Shown here one piece after another: positions 16,281 to 20,076 of a stretch of 20,076 nucleotides of DNA. The notes beneath the pieces were generated by a model. It searched no databases. It was not told the DNA's origin and worked only from the letters and a program-made list of their open reading frames with translations. Numbering within the stretch: the first letter of the stretch is position 1; the number at the start of each line of letters is the position of its first letter. Made by a program: the position numbers and the translations under genes. Source of the stretch: Archangium sp. (GTDB taxonomy: Bacteria; Myxococcota; Myxococcia; Myxococcales; Myxococcaceae); contig JANLPS010000491.1 in the NCBI GenBank assembly GCA_031367385.1, forward strand, positions 1 through 20,076, read 5' to 3'.

Positions 16281-17669
16281 ATGAAAAAGACCTCGTCAAC
16301 CTCGACTCCAGGTGCACCGGCCAAGAAGCAGCAGGCCCCCCGACGCAAGAGCCCTGCGAGCGCGCGGGCCATCGCCATCTCGGTGCTCTCGCGGGTCGCG
16401 GCGACCGACGCGTACTTGAACGTGGTGCTCGATACGGTGTTGACCGAGCTGCAGCCCGCCGACGCGCGCGACGCTGCCTTCGCCACCGAGCTTTGCTACG
16501 GCACCACCCGGCAGCTCCTCGCGCTCGACTACGCGATTCGGTTGCACTGCGAGCGCCGGCTCGAGACGCTCGAAGACAAGGTGCTCGCGGCGCTGCGCAT
16601 CGGCGCCTACCAACGCTTCTTCATGCGGGTGCCATCGCACGCGGCGGTGTCAGACACGGTCGAGGCGCTCAAAGAGCTGAAGCTCGAGCGGGCGACCGGC
16701 TTCGTCAACGCCATCTTGCGAAAGCTCGCCGCGCGCGAGTCGATACCGCAGCCCGACCCGAGCGACCGGCCGGCCTTTCTCACCATCGCCACGAGCCACC
16801 CCGAATGGCTCGTTCGTCGCTGGCTGCGGCAGTTCGGGCCCCAGCGCGCCGAGGCGATGTTGGCCGCCGACAACCAGGCGCCTTCAGTGGTGATTCGGGT
16901 CAATACCACCCGTGGCACCCGCGATGAGCTGCTCGCGCAGTTCGCCGAAATCGGAGTCTCGGCCACCCCGACCCCTCTCTCGCCACTGGGCATCACCCTC
17001 GAGAGCCCGGGGAAAGTCGAAGACCTGTTCGGGTTCTCCGAGGGGCTGTGGCAGGTGCAAGACGAGGCGGCGCAGTTGGTGACGGTGTTCGCGCAGATAC
17101 CCACGACCGCGAAGGTGCTCGATGTGTGCGCCGCGCCGGGCGGCAAGAGCTGCCACATCGCGCAGACCAATTCAGTCGTCTCGCTCGACCTGCACGCCAA
17201 CAAGCTGCCGAAGATCGCCAGCGAAGCGAAGCGGCTCGGGCTGCACGAGCGAATCAAGACCCGCGCGTGGGACGCGACCAAACCGCTGCCCGAAGAGCTT
17301 GGGGAGTTCGACGTGGTGGTGGTCGACGCGCCGTGCTCGGGCCTGGGCACGCTGCGCCGCCACCCCGAGCTGCGCTATCGGCGGCAAGAAAAAGACTTCG
17401 CCGAGTTGGCTTCGTTGCAGCGTGAGATTCTCGAGAACGCCCAGCACCTGGTGGCCGCTGGCGGCCTGTTGGTGTTCGCGGTGTGCAGCACCGACACCAC
17501 CGAGGGGCCTGATCAGGTCGAGATGTTCTTGCGCTCGCACCCCGATTTCACCAGTGAGCCTCCGGTCGGGTTGGCGCACCTGCCGACCTCACAAGGGCAC
17601 CTCCGAACGCTCCCCGGGCCCGAAGGGCTCGACGGGTTCTTCGCGGCCCGCCTTCGCAAGATGTACTGA
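16281..17669 (+). CDS. rsmB: 16S rRNA m5C967 methyltransferase RsmB/Sun
   Basis: N-terminal NusB-like domain (ATELCYGT, LRIGAYQ, GFVNAILRK), SHPEWL, VQDEAAQ, DVCAAPGGKS, DAPCSGLGTLRRHPE, AVCS, DGFFAA. Confidence 0.96.
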   Translation: MKKTSSTSTPGAPAKKQQAPRRKSPASARAIAISVLSRVAATDAYLNVVLDTVLTELQPADARDAAFATELCYGTTRQLLALDYAIRLHCERRLETLEDKVLAALRIGAYQRFFMRVPSHAAVSDTVEALKELKLERATGFVNAILRKLAARESIPQPDPSDRPAFLTIATSHPEWLVRRWLRQFGPQRAEAMLAADNQAPSVVIRVNTTRGTRDELLAQFAEIGVSATPTPLSPLGITLESPGKVEDLFGFSEGLWQVQDEAAQLVTVFAQIPTTAKVLDVCAAPGGKSCHIAQTNSVVSLDLHANKLPKIASEAKRLGLHERIKTRAWDATKPLPEELGEFDVVVVDAPCSGLGTLRRHPELRYRRQEKDFAELASLQREILENAQHLVAAGGLLVFAVCSTDTTEGPDQVEMFLRSHPDFTSEPPVGLAHLPTSQGHLRTLPGPEGLDGFFAARLRKMY

Positions 17670-17752
17670 AAGCTCGCCGCGTTCAGTCTGTCGATGCGTC
17701 GCCACTGGCTTTCGCGGTAGAGGGGCGCTTCATCTGCGAAAGCGAGTCGTTC

Positions 17753-19795
17753 ATGACTGCATTGATATTGATGGCTGCGTTGCTCGGAGCCACCCCCGCG
17801 AATCAACCGGCGGCTGCGAAGCGCGCCTACACGGTTCAAGATCAAGTCGCCCTCAAGCGCCTCGGCAGTTTCAGGGTCTCACCCGACGGCGCCCGGGTGG
17901 TCTTTCAGGCCCGCATCACCGATCTCGAGGCCGACCGCGGCCGCACTGATCTCTGGGTCATCAACATCGACGGCACCAACCTGCGCCAGCTCACCACCCA
18001 CCCCGAAAACGACAGCGACCCGATCTGGGCGCCCGACGGCAAGTCGATCTATTTCTCTTCGGCGCGCACCCCGGTGAGCCAGGTGTGGCGGCTCTTTCTC
18101 GACGGCGGAGAACCCGTTCAAGTCACCCAATCGCCCATCGACGTCGACTCGTTCGTGCTCTCGCGCGACGGCAGCATGTTGGCGTTCGCAGCCAGCACGT
18201 ACCCCGAGTGCGACACCCTCGACTGCACCAAGAAGAAGCTCGACCTCAAAGCGAAGTCGAAGTCGTCGGGGCGCCTCTACGACTCGCTCATGGTTCGCCA
18301 CTGGGACACCTGGGCAGACGGCCGGCGCAGCCACGTGTTCGCACAGACGGTCGACAAGGGCACGCCGGTCGACCTGATGAAGAAGATGAACGCCGACGCG
18401 CCCTCGAAGCCGTTCGGAGACGCGAGCGAGTACACGTTCACGCCCGACGGCAAGTCGGTGGTCTTCACCGCGCGCGACGCCGGCCGCGCCGAGGCCTGGA
18501 GCACCGACCTCGACCTCTTCGTGGCGCCTATCGATGGCAGCAAGCCTCCGCAAAAGCTCACCACCACCAACCGCGCCACTGACACGGCTCCCCGGTTTTC
18601 ACCCGACGGCAAGTCGCTCGCGTACCTGGCGATGTCGCACCCGATGGCCGAGTCAGACAAGCAGCGCGTGATGGTGCGCACCGGCCTCGATGGCAAAGAC
18701 CGAAGCCTCACCGACGCGTGGGACCGCTCGGTCGACGCGCTGATCTGGTCGCCCGACTCGAAGGCGCTGTACGTCACCGCCGACGATGTCGGCCAACGGG
18801 GCGTCTTCGCCATCGACGTGGGCTCGGGCCAGGTCACCAAGCTGCTCAGCCAGGGCCACGTCGCCGACCTGCAGGTTGCGCCTGATCAGCTGATCATTTC
18901 ACTCGATACGCTCACGGCTCCGGCCGACCTGTACTCGCTCTCGCTCGACGGCAAGGGCACCCTGCGGCCGCTCACCGCGCTCAACGCTGACGCACTGTCG
19001 CACCTCAAAATGGGAGCGCCCGAGCAGTTCAGCTTCGCCGGGTGGAACGGAGAGACCGTGTATGCCTACGTGGTCAAGCCGGTCGACTTCGATGCCAAGA
19101 AGAAGTACCCGCTGGCATTTTTGATTCACGGGGGCCCCGAGGGCAGCTTCGGCAATGAGTGGCACTACCGGTGGAACCCGCAGACCTACGCCGGTCACGG
19201 CTACGTGGCGATCATGGTCGATTTTCACGGCTCGACTGGCTACGGCCAGGGCTTCACCGACTCGATTCGTGGCGACTGGGGCGGCAAGCCGCTCGAAGAT
19301 CTGCAGAAGGGCCTCGCTGCGGGCCTGGCCAAGTACCCCTTCATCGACAAGAACCGCATGTGCGCCCTGGGAGGCAGCTACGGCGGGTACATGGTCAATT
19401 GGATCGCCGGCGTCTGGCCCGACCCGTGGAAGTGCCTGGTCAGCCACGACGGCAACCTCGACGAGAGCATGGCCTATTACGACACCGAAGAACTCTGGTT
19501 CTCAGAGTGGGAGCACAACGGCACGCCGTGGGAGAACAAAGCGTCGTACGCGAAGCACAACCCGGTCGATCACGTCGGCCAGTGGCGAGTGCCGATGCTG
19601 GTGGTGCACAGCGCCAAAGACTACCGGGTCGTCGATACCCAGGGCCTGTCGACCTTCACCGTGCTGCAGCGCCGAAACGTGCCGAGCAAGCTCTTGTACT
19701 TTCCCGACGAGAACCACTGGGTGACCAAGCCGGCCAACAGCGTGCTGTGGCACGAGACCGTTTTGGGGTGGCTCGATCAGTGGGTACAGCACTGA
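17753..19795 (+). CDS. Secreted S9-family peptidase (dipeptidyl-peptidase 5/acylaminoacyl peptidase-like)
   Basis: Signal peptide, PD40-like SPDG propeller repeats, IHGGPE, nucleophile motif GGSYGG, DYRV and DENHW. Confidence 0.93.
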   Translation: MTALILMAALLGATPANQPAAAKRAYTVQDQVALKRLGSFRVSPDGARVVFQARITDLEADRGRTDLWVINIDGTNLRQLTTHPENDSDPIWAPDGKSIYFSSARTPVSQVWRLFLDGGEPVQVTQSPIDVDSFVLSRDGSMLAFAASTYPECDTLDCTKKKLDLKAKSKSSGRLYDSLMVRHWDTWADGRRSHVFAQTVDKGTPVDLMKKMNADAPSKPFGDASEYTFTPDGKSVVFTARDAGRAEAWSTDLDLFVAPIDGSKPPQKLTTTNRATDTAPRFSPDGKSLAYLAMSHPMAESDKQRVMVRTGLDGKDRSLTDAWDRSVDALIWSPDSKALYVTADDVGQRGVFAIDVGSGQVTKLLSQGHVADLQVAPDQLIISLDTLTAPADLYSLSLDGKGTLRPLTALNADALSHLKMGAPEQFSFAGWNGETVYAYVVKPVDFDAKKKYPLAFLIHGGPEGSFGNEWHYRWNPQTYAGHGYVAIMVDFHGSTGYGQGFTDSIRGDWGGKPLEDLQKGLAAGLAKYPFIDKNRMCALGGSYGGYMVNWIAGVWPDPWKCLVSHDGNLDESMAYYDTEELWFSEWEHNGTPWENKASYAKHNPVDHVGQWRVPMLVVHSAKDYRVVDTQGLSTFTVLQRRNVPSKLLYFPDENHWVTKPANSVLWHETVLGWLDQWVQH

Positions 19796-19877
19796 GCTGC
19801 GTACAGGTGCGATCGGTCGTATGCGCCACGGCAACAAACACACGCTGATTTTCCGCTACCAAGAAGGGTCTTTACGC

Positions 19878-20076
19878 ATGCTGCAGTCGAAACGTCTGAT
19901 GTTAGTCGCCGTCGTGATGCTGAACTCGGGTTGCTACATGGCGAGGGTTGTCGCGAAGGCCCCCGCCGGTGAACAACACTCGAACACCGGGGGGAGCTTG
20001 TTCTGGGGCCTCACGTCGACCGAGAGCGACGCAGATGAGTGCCCGAACGGTTTGCAGGCCGTTGCGACCTACCAGC
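19878..20076 (+). CDS. Bor/Iss-like small lipoprotein (3'-truncated by window edge)
   Basis: Not in the ORF track. Reads MLQSKRLMLVAVVMLNSGCYMARVVAKAPAGEQHSNTGGSLFWGLTSTESDADECPNGLQAVATYQ, with lipobox NSG-C, a FWGL...CPNG..V.T pattern and AAGAAGGG upstream. Confidence 0.7.
   Translation, partial: MLQSKRLMLVAVVMLNSGCYMARVVAKAPAGEQHSNTGGSLFWGLTSTESDADECPNGLQAVATYQ

Overview
GC-rich (roughly two-thirds G+C by eye) bacterial chromosomal window. Gene content and protein style suggest Myxococcota/Myxococcales (inference). Left to right: 3' part of aroB, aroA and a coupled phytoene-dehydrogenase-like flavoprotein; a small membrane protein behind a sigma54-type promoter; a three-gene envelope module (lipoprotein, beta-barrel-like protein, Cys/Gly-rich lipoprotein with two tandem DUF1554-like domains); a LarA-N (DUF2088) protein with a hotdog thioesterase, divergent from a TerB/LETM1-like gene; a LysM repeat protein; a HEAT-repeat lipoprotein; fmt; a catalytically degenerate type II dehydroquinase (AroQ-like) fusion flanked by related AT-rich sites; a protein-glutaminase-like Cys-His-Asp enzyme; rsmB; an S9 peptidase; and the start of a Bor-like lipoprotein. 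No rRNA, tRNA, CRISPR or mobile-element genes were recognised. The most unusual part is the fmt-rsmB interval. All family calls come from motif recognition by eye, not database searches.
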